Part shown: positions 9,652 to 18,725 of the stretch, one piece after another
Layout: each line of letters starts with the position of its first letter
How positions within the stretch are numbered: the stretch's first letter is position 1
Assembly (NCBI GenBank): GCA_958295805.1
Contig: OY282373.1
Span: forward strand, 2,705,499 to 2,769,498
DNA from: an uncultured Nitrospirales bacterium
Lineage (GTDB): Bacteria > Nitrospirota > Nitrospiria > Nitrospirales > UBA8639
Length of the DNA stretch: 64,000 bases
Direction of reading: 5' to 3'
Position numbers and translations under genes: made by a program
Notes under the pieces: generated by a model
What the model was told of the DNA's origin: nothing
The model's database searches: none
What the model saw: the letters and a program-made list of their open reading frames with translations, nothing else

Positions 9652-11130
9652 TTACTCAACCAGGGCATTCACGAGGTCTCGAAATTGTCGGCCTCGGTCC
9701 CGATAGTCGTGAAACATGTCAAAACTGGCGCAGGCCGGGGAAAACAACACCACGTCACCCGGCTTGGCGATCTCAGCGGCCAGCTTGACTCCCTCGTCCA
9801 GGGACGCCACCCGACTCATCGCCCCTACGCCTGCAATGGCTTCGGCAATGGCTTCGGCCGTTTCTCCGAAGAGGATGCAGTGCGTGACGTTTGGCTTGAG
9901 CGCAGCCTTCAAGCAACGAAAATCACTCCTGCCTTTATCCTGACCACCGAGAAGAATAACGAACGGCCGCCGAAGGCTGCTGACGGCGTTCAACGTGGCG
10001 TCCACGTTGGTCCCCTTGGAATCATTGATAAAGATCACCCCTCGTCGCTCACGCACGACTTCCATCACGTGTTCCAGGCCTCGAAAGGAACGCACCGCGC
10101 GGCTGATGCCCTTCGGAGAACATCCTTGGACCGTGCCGACCGCAACCGCGGCGAGCACGTTGGACACGTTGTGATCCCCGAGAAGCGGAATCTCGTCTCT
10201 CAGCATGACGTTCGTTTGCTGCCCCTGCCATCGAGTCACGATCCCGTCGCCGTTCAACCACGCGCCATGAGGAACCTCCCGGGTTCTGCTGAATTCCATG
10301 AGCCGACCGCGGAGCGATTGGCCGACGTTGCGGCACTGCGGATCATCGGCGTTCAGCACGGCCACGTCCTCGGACGTCTGATTCTGAAAAATTTTGGCTT
10401 TGGCGTTCGCGTATTCGGTAAAACTTGAATATCGGTCGAGGTGATCGGGCGTGACGTTGAGAAGCACCGCGACGTCCGGATGAAACTGGTCGATGGTTTC
10501 TAATTGAAAGCTGGATAATTCCGCGACGATCACGTGAAACGGAACGGGCCCGTCACCGCCGGCGCGTTCGCGTTGATACACGGTCAAGGCAGCCTCCGCT
10601 AACGGTGTTCCGAGGTTTCCGCCCACGAACGGCGTGTACCCGCATTCCTGAAAGATTTTTCCGATGAGGGACACGACGGTACTTTTTCCATTCGTGCCCG
10701 TCACGCCAATGACGGGCACGGAGAACGCCCACGAGGCTAATTCCACCTCTCCGACGATGGGGACGCGTCTCCGTCGCACGGCCTCCAATGCCTTCAGCGC
10801 CGGCGGGACTCCGGGACTCAGGACAACCAGATCCACTGACTCCAGCCCTTTGTCGAATCGCTCGCCGCCGAACAGCCTCACTCCGGCCGTTTGCAAATCG
10901 GAAACGGTCGTTGACCATTCCGGTTCAGGTTTCCGGTCAATCAACGAAACGTCGGCTCCTATTGCCAACAGCAATCGCGCCGCGGCCACGCCGCTTCGTC
11001 CCGCCCCGACCACGGCGACGGAGTGACCCGACAGACCGTTGATCCTTGCTTCGCTTCCCTCTCCCCTCGCGGGAGAGGGGCAGGGTGAGGGAGACAGGAA
11101 ATGAGACGTTGCGTTCATCGTCGTCAGCAT
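9652..11130 (-). CDS. murD: UDP-N-acetylmuramoylalanine--D-glutamate ligase
   Basis: VAVVGAGRSGVAAA Rossmann N-terminus and GVTGTNGKSTV P-loop. The ATG lies 4 nt after the mraY stop. Codons ~12-26 are contributed by a palindromic repeat (see findings). Confidence 0.92.
   Translation of the reverse strand: MLTTMNATSHFLSPSPCPSPARGEGSEARINGLSGHSVAVVGAGRSGVAAARLLLAIGADVSLIDRKPEPEWSTTVSDLQTAGVRLFGGERFDKGLESVDLVVLSPGVPPALKALEAVRRRRVPIVGEVELASWAFSVPVIGVTGTNGKSTVVSLIGKIFQECGYTPFVGGNLGTPLAEAALTVYQRERAGGDGPVPFHVIVAELSSFQLETIDQFHPDVAVLLNVTPDHLDRYSSFTEYANAKAKIFQNQTSEDVAVLNADDPQCRNVGQSLRGRLMEFSRTREVPHGAWLNGDGIVTRWQGQQTNVMLRDEIPLLGDHNVSNVLAAVAVGTVQGCSPKGISRAVRSFRGLEHVMEVVRERRGVIFINDSKGTNVDATLNAVSSLRRPFVILLGGQDKGRSDFRCLKAALKPNVTHCILFGETAEAIAEAIAGVGAMSRVASLDEGVKLAAEIAKPGDVVLFSPACASFDMFHDYRDRGRQFRDLVNALVE
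11057..11079. repeat. REP-like hairpin (ccctctccc-ctcgc-gggagaggg) inside the murD 5' coding region
   Basis: 9-bp perfect stem with a 5-nt loop. The same family (ttccctctcccct...ggagaggg...ggtgag) recurs at 58598-58647. Confidence 0.7.
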
Positions 11131-11134
11131 GAGG

Positions 11135-12211
11135 TCAACGAAGTTTCAAGGTGCTGAGGCTCAGCAGAGTGAGCAGAATCGCCAGGATCCATAATCGAAC
11201 CACAATTTTAGGCTCTTCCCATCCCTTGATCTCAAAATGATGATGTATGGGCGCCATGAGAAAAATCCGCTTCCGCCGTGATCGAAACGACAACACCTGA
11301 AAGATGACGGAGACGGCTTCCATGACGAACACGCCGCCAACCAGAAGCAGCAATAACTCGTGTTTGCTGACCACAGCGACCGTGCCCAATGCCGCCCCAA
11401 GGGGTAAGGACCCGACGTCTCCCATGAACACCGACGCCGGATACGTATTGAACCAGAGGAACCCGAGGCTCGAACCGAAGACGGCCGCCATCAGGACCGC
11501 TAATTCGCCTGCGCCTTCGATGTAGGGAAGTAACAAATAGTCCGACACCACTTTATTTCCGGCGGCATAGGCCACCACGGCGTAGGCCACGGACGCCACC
11601 ACCACCGGACCAATCGCCAACCCGTCCAATCCGTCGGTCAAATTCACGGCGTTGGAACAGCCGACGATCACCAGAATGGCAAACGGAATGTAGAGGGGAC
11701 CCAAGTCCGGCGTAAACGTTTTGAAAAAGGGAACGCTGAGTTCCGTCGAATACCCGGGGGAGGCGTAAAAAACCAAGCCGATGCCCAGGGCAATGCCCAT
11801 TTGAGCCACGAGTTTTTGTACGACGCTTAACCCTTCCGATCGCCCCCGAGAAATTTTGACGTAATCATCGACGAATCCGACGAGTCCGAACCCGACGATG
11901 GACAACATGACGAGCCACACGTAGAGATTGCTCACGTCCGCCCACAGCAGCGTCGAAATCAACACGGCAAAGATAATGAGAAGCCCGCCCATGGTGGGGG
12001 TTCCTTCTTTCGCCAGATGACGACTCGGCCCCTCTTCTCGTATCCGTTGTCCAAGCCGAAATTCCTGCAATTTTTTAATCACGGGCGGAGCCAGGACAAA
12101 CGCGAGAATAAACGCGGTCAGGGCCGCGTAAATAATGCGGACGCTCAAATACCGGAAGACGTTAAAGATTGAAACGTCCGTATGAAGTGGGTAGAGCCAC
12201 AAATACAGCAT
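11135..12211 (-). CDS. mraY: Phospho-N-acetylmuramoyl-pentapeptide transferase
   Basis: 358 aa, polytopic, with MraY motifs (GTPTMGG, NAVNLTDGLDGLA, APIHHHFE). Confidence 0.96.
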   Translation of the reverse strand: MLYLWLYPLHTDVSIFNVFRYLSVRIIYAALTAFILAFVLAPPVIKKLQEFRLGQRIREEGPSRHLAKEGTPTMGGLLIIFAVLISTLLWADVSNLYVWLVMLSIVGFGLVGFVDDYVKISRGRSEGLSVVQKLVAQMGIALGIGLVFYASPGYSTELSVPFFKTFTPDLGPLYIPFAILVIVGCSNAVNLTDGLDGLAIGPVVVASVAYAVVAYAAGNKVVSDYLLLPYIEGAGELAVLMAAVFGSSLGFLWFNTYPASVFMGDVGSLPLGAALGTVAVVSKHELLLLLVGGVFVMEAVSVIFQVLSFRSRRKRIFLMAPIHHHFEIKGWEEPKIVVRLWILAILLTLLSLSTLKLR

Positions 12212-12216
12212 GGGCG

Positions 12217-13650
12217 TTATCCAGCCGCTTGCCGAGTGAGCGCGTCCAGCACGGCTTCCATCTTCATGCCTCTCGAGGCTTTGAGTAAGACCACGTCACC
12301 GGGTTCCGCCAGAGCACGGAGGACCGATGCCGCCTCCCGGACGCGCTGCGTTTCAACGATTCGTGAAGGAGCCATGCCCCGCGCCGCGGCACCGCGAGCA
12401 ATTTCTTTGCCGAGTGCTCCGCACGCAATCAAAAAGGATATCCGCCTGTCCGCGACGTGGGCACCGACTTCCCGATGGAGCGTCCTCGCGTCCTCTCCGA
12501 GTTCCAACATGTCCCCAAGCACGGCAATGGTGCGTTTGGTTTCTCCCAGATTCTTTAACAACGTCACGGCCGCCTTCATGGAATCCGGGTTGGCGTTGTA
12601 ACAATCCTGAATGATGGTGAGACCCCGCCTGGAGCACACGTGCGACCGCATGGCCACCGGTCGAACGCGACTCAGGCCCTCGGCGATTTTGGCGACCGAA
12701 AGCCCCAACACGTGTCCCACCGCCACCGCGGCCAGGGCATTCGACACGTTATGGGTTCCCGGTACGGCCAGGGACAGGCGATGGGCTCGTTGACGTCCGG
12801 TAACGTGGAGACGGAATTCCATTCGCTTCCCTTGTTGTCGTATCTCGCTTCCTCGAACGTCCGCTTGACGCCGTAATCCAAAGGAGACGACCGAACATCG
12901 GGCTCGTCGTCGAAAAAAATGGTAATACGGATCGTCCGCGTTCAAGATAAGGGCGCCGTCATCGGGAAGCGCGGCCAACAACTCGGCTTTTGCGCGGGCG
13001 GACCCGTCTACGTCGCCAAAAAATTCCAGATGGTCACGCCCCACGTTCGTGATGATCCCGATCGTCGGGCGGGCGACGTTTGCCAACCGGCTGGTTTGCC
13101 CTTCGGCGTCCACTCCCAATTCCAGAACCGCGACCTGGTGCGACGCGGTCAACCTCAGAACCGTTTGAGGCAGCCCGATTCGATTGTTCAAATTGCCGAC
13201 CGTCTGCAGAAGACGCCAACGCTGCGAGAGTGCTTTTCCGACCATCTCTTTCGTGGTGGTTTTTCCGTTACTCCCGGTGACGGCAATGACCGGAATATCA
13301 AAACGCCTTCGGTGAAAGGTTGCCAGATCCTGATAGGCTCTTAACGAATCCTTCACCTTGACGACGAGCGGCTCCGACCCACGGATGGCCGCAGACGCAC
13401 GCAGACGTCGGCGGACATCGACGCCGTCCGCGGACGCGGCTTCAATCACCACGCCCTTCGCCCCTTGCTTGAACGCGCCGTCAACAAAGTGATGACCGTC
13501 GAACCGGTCGCCTTTCAAGGCCACGAACAGGTCGCCCTTGCGCACCGCTCGCGAGTCGGTACACAGCCGCCGAATCCGACAATCGATTCTCCCTTTCAGT
13601 AAAGTCCCGCCCGTGGCGGCGAGCACTTCTTCTCCCGTAAACGCGGTCAC
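12217..13650 (-). CDS. murF: UDP-N-acetylmuramoyl-tripeptide--D-alanyl-D-alanine ligase
   Basis: 477 aa with the Mur ligase P-loop AVTGSNGKTTTKE. Lies between murE and mraY. Confidence 0.92.
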   Translation of the reverse strand: MTAFTGEEVLAATGGTLLKGRIDCRIRRLCTDSRAVRKGDLFVALKGDRFDGHHFVDGAFKQGAKGVVIEAASADGVDVRRRLRASAAIRGSEPLVVKVKDSLRAYQDLATFHRRRFDIPVIAVTGSNGKTTTKEMVGKALSQRWRLLQTVGNLNNRIGLPQTVLRLTASHQVAVLELGVDAEGQTSRLANVARPTIGIITNVGRDHLEFFGDVDGSARAKAELLAALPDDGALILNADDPYYHFFRRRARCSVVSFGLRRQADVRGSEIRQQGKRMEFRLHVTGRQRAHRLSLAVPGTHNVSNALAAVAVGHVLGLSVAKIAEGLSRVRPVAMRSHVCSRRGLTIIQDCYNANPDSMKAAVTLLKNLGETKRTIAVLGDMLELGEDARTLHREVGAHVADRRISFLIACGALGKEIARGAAARGMAPSRIVETQRVREAASVLRALAEPGDVVLLKASRGMKMEAVLDALTRQAAG

Positions 13651-13660
13651 CGTGGGACAC

Positions 13661-15220
13661 CTATCCTTTCCGTGCGGACGGCAAGGCCGTCAACAGTTCA
13701 CGGGCCACGTCCCGGTCATCAAACGGATACCGGGTCTTGCCGATGATTTGATAATCTTCATGCCCTTTCCCCGCGATCAACACCACGTCCCCTGCCCGCG
13801 CTTCGAGCAGCGCCGCGCGAATGGCCGTTCGACGATCAGGAATCAAATGGAACGCGCCTCGCCGGGAGGTCGGCAGATCCAACGCCCCCCGTTCAATGTC
13901 CCGTAATATCGATTCAGGATCTTCGGTGCGCGGATTGTCCGCGGTCATGAACACCACGTCACTGCGTTCGGCAGCCACTCGACCCATTTTCGGTCGCTTG
14001 TCCCGGTCACGGTCACCGCCACAACCGAACACCGTAAGAATCCGTCCTTCTCCGAGTCGGCGCGCCGTTGCCAACGCCTTGGCCAGGGCATCGTCGGTAT
14101 GGGCGTAATCCACGATCACTGAAAAGTCCCGTCCGGTCTCCACCCGTTCAAACCGTCCCGGCACGGCCCGGAATTCCCGGATGCCTTCCTGAATGGTGTC
14201 CAGAGACATGCCGCAAGCCATGGCTACGCCCATGCCGGCTAAAAGATTCGACACGTTGTGTTCCCCCACCAAGTCACTCTGAATCTTCACGGATCCAAGA
14301 GGGGTATGGGCCGTAAATCGCGTGCCGTTTCTTGAAAGGTCAAGGTTCGTCGCGTGAAGATCCGCTTCCCGGCGGATGGAATACGTCCAAACCGGTACGA
14401 GCGTCTCGGCCTTGAGTCGGAGTCCCCAGGCGTCGTCAACGTTGATGATGGCCCGTTTAGCTGATGGCTCGTGGCTGGTGCCTTGTGGCCGGTCAACGGC
14501 CGCCGGCCGCCGGTCACTGACCACGAAGTCTCGAAAAAGACGACGCTTCGCTTGATAGTAGGCGTCCATGTCGTGATGGAAATCCAGATGGTCCTGGGAC
14601 AAATTCGTAAAGACCACGACGTCGAACTCACACCCTTCCACCCGATCCAGGGCCAGGGCATGAGACGAGACTTCCAGCACCGCGGAATCCATCCCAACGT
14701 CAACCATCCGGTGTAACAATGACTGGAGCGGAACGGCACCCGGCGTCGTATGACTGGCCGCCCAGTGCTCGGCGCCGATGCGATACCCCACGGTCCCCAG
14801 GAGGCCGGCCCGACGACCGCCAGTCTCCAATAACGCGTGACTGACGTGGGCCACCGTGGTTTTCCCATTGGTGCCCGTGACGCCCACCATGGTCAAGGCG
14901 CGTGAGGGACGCCGAAAAAACTGCGCGGCGAGTTGACCGAGCGCCTTCCGGGAATCCGTCACGGTGACCCACGCGGGACCCGGGCCTTTTTTCAGATGGG
15001 ATGGAACCTGGAACGGGGCTTGTACCACCACGCCGCCGACGTGGGACCGGCAGACTTGTTCGACAAACGCATGACCATCTTCCTGCTGCCCCTTGACGGC
15101 AACGAACAACTGGCTAGTTGTAACGACTCGTGAATCATCGGTGATCCCGGAGATTTCCGAGCCAAGGTTGCCCTCCGTGCTGATCGTGTCAAGGGACATG
15201 AGTAATTCAGACAGTTTCAT
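13661..15220 (-). CDS. murE: UDP-N-acetylmuramoyl-L-alanyl-D-glutamate--2,6-diaminopimelate ligase
   Basis: 519 aa with GVTGTNGKTT and a C-terminal DNPR motif (MTADNPRTEDP) typical of MurE. Confidence 0.94.
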   Translation of the reverse strand: MKLSELLMSLDTISTEGNLGSEISGITDDSRVVTTSQLFVAVKGQQEDGHAFVEQVCRSHVGGVVVQAPFQVPSHLKKGPGPAWVTVTDSRKALGQLAAQFFRRPSRALTMVGVTGTNGKTTVAHVSHALLETGGRRAGLLGTVGYRIGAEHWAASHTTPGAVPLQSLLHRMVDVGMDSAVLEVSSHALALDRVEGCEFDVVVFTNLSQDHLDFHHDMDAYYQAKRRLFRDFVVSDRRPAAVDRPQGTSHEPSAKRAIINVDDAWGLRLKAETLVPVWTYSIRREADLHATNLDLSRNGTRFTAHTPLGSVKIQSDLVGEHNVSNLLAGMGVAMACGMSLDTIQEGIREFRAVPGRFERVETGRDFSVIVDYAHTDDALAKALATARRLGEGRILTVFGCGGDRDRDKRPKMGRVAAERSDVVFMTADNPRTEDPESILRDIERGALDLPTSRRGAFHLIPDRRTAIRAALLEARAGDVVLIAGKGHEDYQIIGKTRYPFDDRDVARELLTALPSARKG

Positions 15221-15226
15221 TCCTTG

Positions 15227-15255
15227 TGGTGTCGCTGCGCCGTCTCATGGCGCCC
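15227..15255. repeat. Dispersed REP-like hairpin (gctgcgccgtctcatggcgcc) in the murE-ftsI spacer
   Basis: Same element as the two copies at 49741-49845 (tgtagcNgcgccatctcatggcgcc). Forms a GC-rich stem around a ctc loop. Confidence 0.6.
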
Positions 15256-15258
15256 AGT

Positions 15259-17112
15259 CTATTCACCGTCGGACGGCTGCACCTGCCCCCGCGAACCGGG
15301 GGTTGAGACGGCCGCCACGTGAGTCTCGTTGCGTTGACGCGGAGCCACGTTGAAATAGCGGAGCGCCTGTTCCGCCACTTCCCGAAACACCGGCGCCGCG
15401 ACCACTCCGCCCCACGCGGGGCCTTGCGGTTCGTCAATCACCACGACGATGGCGAATTCGGGGTCCTCCGCGGGAACAAATCCGACAAACGACCCGATTG
15501 ATTTGGTGGAAGAATACGTGCCCGTCACCGGATCAACCTTCTGCGCCGTTCCGGTCTTTCCCGCCACGTGATACCCGGGAACGGCCGCACGCCATCCCGT
15601 CCCGTTTTCCACCACGTTGACCAGGAGTTCCGTCACGGTTTTTGCGGTTTCGGCACGAATGGGACGGCGACGAATCTGAGGCGTCCGTTTCTTGATAATC
15701 CGACCCTGATGATCTGAAACCTCCCGGACCAGAAACGGCTTCATCAGCCAGCCCTCATTGGCCACGGCCGACACCGCGGTCACCAGTTGCAACGGGGTCA
15801 CGGCAATTTCCTGGCCAATGGCCAACGACGCCAAGGTTCGCTGACTCCAGCGATCCGGACTTCTCAAGATTCCGATCGATTCCCCGGGAAGATCAATGCC
15901 CGTTCTTTCTCCAAAACCGAACGCCCGTAGAAACCGGTAGACCTGCTCACTGCCCAACCCCAACGCCGTTTTCACCGAGGCCACGTTGCTGGAGCGTCGA
16001 ATGGCTTCACGAAACGTCACCCATCCGGCTTTCTCGTGGTCGTGAATAATGGTGCCGCTGATCGGCATCTCGCCGTCTCCGGCGTAAATGAGGGTATCGG
16101 GTTGCACGTGATCCGATTCCAACGCCGCGGCGGCGAGCACCACTTTGAGCGTCGATCCCGGTTCGTAGGGGTCGGTGAGGGCTCGATTTCTCCACACCTG
16201 GGGTGACGTCCGTTGGATATAATTGGGGTCGAACGTAGGTCGCAGGGTCCAGGCGATGATCTCACCGGTTTTGGGGTTCATGACGATAATGGCCCCACCC
16301 TGGGCCTTGGTTGTCGTCATCGCCCGTTCCAAGGCTTGTTCCGCGACGTACTGCATGACTTCATCAATCGTCAGATGGATCGCGTGGCCGGAGAGGGCCT
16401 GATGTTTTCTCTGCCACTCAGGAATGATCTCTCGCCCGAACGCGTCTCGATACAACACCACCTGACGGGCGTACCCCCGGAGGAGGGTATCGTAGCCAAT
16501 TTCCAAACCCTCAAGACCCTGGTTGTCGATTCCTGCAAATCCGAGGACGTGAGCCAACAACGGCCCATTAGGATAAAACCGCCGCGTTTCCATGAGGGTA
16601 TTCACCCCGTCAATGGCAAGGTCCTCCATCCGGGGTCCTGAATGGTCCAGAATTTTTCGTTGAATCCAGACAAAACGTCGTGCTTTGTCCCGCAACCGCT
16701 TTTCCACGTGCGCTTGAGGAAGGTTGAACATTGGTGCGAGTTGGCGAGCCACGAGTTTCGGGTCGTCAATGGAAGTCGGCACGGCATACACGGACGTCAC
16801 GTCAAGGTTCAAAGCCAACGGCTTGCCTTGTCGATCAAGAATGGCGCCCCGACTGGAATCAAGCGTAATCGTCTTTTCATGCTGCCGGCGAGCTTTCTCC
16901 ATCATCCTGTCGGCTTGCAGTACTTGAAGATCAAACAAACGAAGGAAGAGGACGGCAAAGACCGCAAGAAAACCCAGACAAAGGAAGACCCGCCTTCCGG
17001 AGCCCGTCGATCCCTGATCCACGGATGAACGAAGCTGCTCGTAAATATCCGCGCGCCTCCGAGTCATCCACGCACCTGAATCACCATCCCGCCTGATACG
17101 TAAACGAAACAT
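15259..17112 (-). CDS. ftsI: Penicillin-binding protein 3-type peptidoglycan D,D-transpeptidase
   Basis: 617 aa with an N-terminal TM anchor, PBP dimerisation and transpeptidase motifs (STLKV, KTGTAQ). dcw position after ftsL. Confidence 0.9.
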   Translation of the reverse strand: MFRLRIRRDGDSGAWMTRRRADIYEQLRSSVDQGSTGSGRRVFLCLGFLAVFAVLFLRLFDLQVLQADRMMEKARRQHEKTITLDSSRGAILDRQGKPLALNLDVTSVYAVPTSIDDPKLVARQLAPMFNLPQAHVEKRLRDKARRFVWIQRKILDHSGPRMEDLAIDGVNTLMETRRFYPNGPLLAHVLGFAGIDNQGLEGLEIGYDTLLRGYARQVVLYRDAFGREIIPEWQRKHQALSGHAIHLTIDEVMQYVAEQALERAMTTTKAQGGAIIVMNPKTGEIIAWTLRPTFDPNYIQRTSPQVWRNRALTDPYEPGSTLKVVLAAAALESDHVQPDTLIYAGDGEMPISGTIIHDHEKAGWVTFREAIRRSSNVASVKTALGLGSEQVYRFLRAFGFGERTGIDLPGESIGILRSPDRWSQRTLASLAIGQEIAVTPLQLVTAVSAVANEGWLMKPFLVREVSDHQGRIIKKRTPQIRRRPIRAETAKTVTELLVNVVENGTGWRAAVPGYHVAGKTGTAQKVDPVTGTYSSTKSIGSFVGFVPAEDPEFAIVVVIDEPQGPAWGGVVAAPVFREVAEQALRYFNVAPRQRNETHVAAVSTPGSRGQVQPSDGE

Positions 17113-17122
17113 GGTTCGCGTC

Positions 17123-17464
17123 TCACTTTCGTTGGGCTAATCGAAGCGGAGGGTCCTCACTGGAGCCTGCCCCCGAGAACGCGGGGGTTCCGGGTTCAGC
17201 ATTTCCGTTGACGAGATACACTTGTCCCGTGCTTGGGGCTCTCAGCTTCAGTTTTTTTCCTGCTTCTGAGGCAATGCGCTCCGGAGAGGTCAACTGGGAA
17301 AATCTGATCCGCAATCGTTCGTGCTCCTGCTCCAAGGCGGCTTTCTTTTGTAATAAGGCGTCCAGTTCATACCCCGCGCGCACGCCATCCACTTTTCCCC
17401 ACACGTAAAAGAGGAAGATTCCACACAGACTCCCAATGAGGATCGTCCAGAGAAATGGTTTCAT
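17123..17464 (-). CDS. ftsL: Cell division protein FtsL-like (single TM helix plus coiled coil)
   Basis: 113 aa, TM helix then a leucine-rich coiled coil. Its start overlaps the rsmH stop by 4 nt. Called mainly from position and architecture. Confidence 0.6.
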   Translation of the reverse strand: MKPFLWTILIGSLCGIFLFYVWGKVDGVRAGYELDALLQKKAALEQEHERLRIRFSQLTSPERIASEAGKKLKLRAPSTGQVYLVNGNAEPGTPAFSGAGSSEDPPLRLAQRK

Positions 17465-18399
17465 GCGTGCCCCCGCGTGACCGACGTTGCACCCATCCGC
17501 GGCAGCCGTTCAAGAACTCGCAATTTCGCGCTCCGCGCGCGTGGATTGGTTGTGCGTTCCTCCGGGGAAGGCACAACGGGCTTCTTCGTGAGGACGGCCC
17601 ATTGATCCGGAGCATCCTGAGCCAACCCCCGAAACGACTGTTTGACGATGCGATCTTCCAAGGAGTGAAAAGAAATCACGCACGCCCGTGCTCCCGGTGC
17701 CAAGAGGTGCGGGACGTGGGTGAGCACGGTTTGGAGCGCGTCTAATTCATCATTGACCGCGAGACGAAACGCCTGAAACGTCCGCGTCGCAGGGTGCAGG
17801 CGCCCGTGTCGATAAGCCCCGGGCACGGCTCGCTGAATTACGTGTGACAATTCCATCGTGGTCCGAAGAGGCGCGTGGGTGCGAGCGGAGACGATGGCCC
17901 GGGCAATGCGGCGTGAATAGCGTTCTTCCCCGAACGTATAAATCAGGTGCGCCAGTCGGGTTTCTGGCAGCGTGTTGACGAGATGCGCAGCCGATGGTCC
18001 TTGCGTTGGATTCATGCGCATGTCCAAAGGGCCGTCCTGTTGAAAACTGAACCCCCGCTCGGGCTGAGCCAATTGAGCCGAAGACACCCCTAAATCAAAC
18101 ACCATACCGTCCACTTGTTTGACGTTGGCCGAATGCAACGCGGATTGCACGTTTTGAAAATTTTCACAAAAGAGTTTCACCCTGGACTTGTACGCCCGCA
18201 GCTTCGTTTCAGCACAGGTAATGGCCGTGGGGTCCCGATCAATCCCGATGAGAATGCCATCGGGGTCGCTTGCCTCCAGGATACGCTCCGCGGTGCCCGC
18301 CAAGCCGATGGTACAGTCCAGGTAACACCCACGCGCCCTTGGTCGTAACCACGTGACAACCTCCCCCAATAGAACCGGAACATGGAAACCCGTATCCAA
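17461..18399 (-). CDS. rsmH: 16S rRNA (cytosine1402-N4)-methyltransferase
   Basis: 312 aa with HVPVLLGEV, DCTIGLAGTAE and DLGVSS motifs of MraW/RsmH. TTG start at 18399. Confidence 0.95.
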   Translation of the reverse strand: MDTGFHVPVLLGEVVTWLRPRARGCYLDCTIGLAGTAERILEASDPDGILIGIDRDPTAITCAETKLRAYKSRVKLFCENFQNVQSALHSANVKQVDGMVFDLGVSSAQLAQPERGFSFQQDGPLDMRMNPTQGPSAAHLVNTLPETRLAHLIYTFGEERYSRRIARAIVSARTHAPLRTTMELSHVIQRAVPGAYRHGRLHPATRTFQAFRLAVNDELDALQTVLTHVPHLLAPGARACVISFHSLEDRIVKQSFRGLAQDAPDQWAVLTKKPVVPSPEERTTNPRARSAKLRVLERLPRMGATSVTRGHA

Positions 18400-18451
18400 C
18401 TAATCCAGCATTGCCTCCACTTAATTCCACTTTCTCCCACCTAACCGGCGA

Positions 18452-18479
18452 AGTATACCGCTATCAACCGTAATGTCAA
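18452..18479 (-). promoter_or_regulatory. Candidate sigma70 promoter of the dcw cluster (TTGACA-16 nt-TATACT)
   Basis: The minus strand reads TTGACAttacggttgatagcggTATACT, about 50 nt upstream of the rsmH start. Sequence match only. Confidence 0.4.
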
Positions 18480-18497
18480 GCAAATACACAACAAATG

Positions 18498-18660
18498 TCA
18501 TCCTGAGCGCCAAACTGTCATCCTGAGCGAAGCGAAGGATCTGCTTTTCTCCTCCCTGGACCAAAGGTACTAACTGTTCCCGTAATGAACCAGATTCTTC
18601 CCTTCGAGGCACTTCGAGGCTCAGGGCAAGCTCAGGGCAGGCGCTTCGCTCAGAATGAAA
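18498..18660. repeat. MITE-like inverted-repeat element (arms tcatcctgagcgaagcg / cgcttcgctcagaatga)
   Basis: 17-nt inverted arms with 1 mismatch, ~107 bp apart, plus an extra gtcatcctgagcg half-copy. Internal short tandem duplications (cttcgaggc x2, tcagggca x2). Confidence 0.5.
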
Positions 18661-18725
18661 GGGAAACAGAGTAGGAATTTTGCAGAAGGCTCGTCAGGAA
18701 AGGGACAGGACCGAAAACGGAGGGT

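Noticed and set aside
18421-18612. 63-aa minus-strand ORF in the position where mraZ would be expected
   Set aside because: The sequence (…RFAQDDSLALRMT…) is the translation of the tcatcctgagcg repeat. It has no MraZ/SpoVT-AbrB double-domain pattern.
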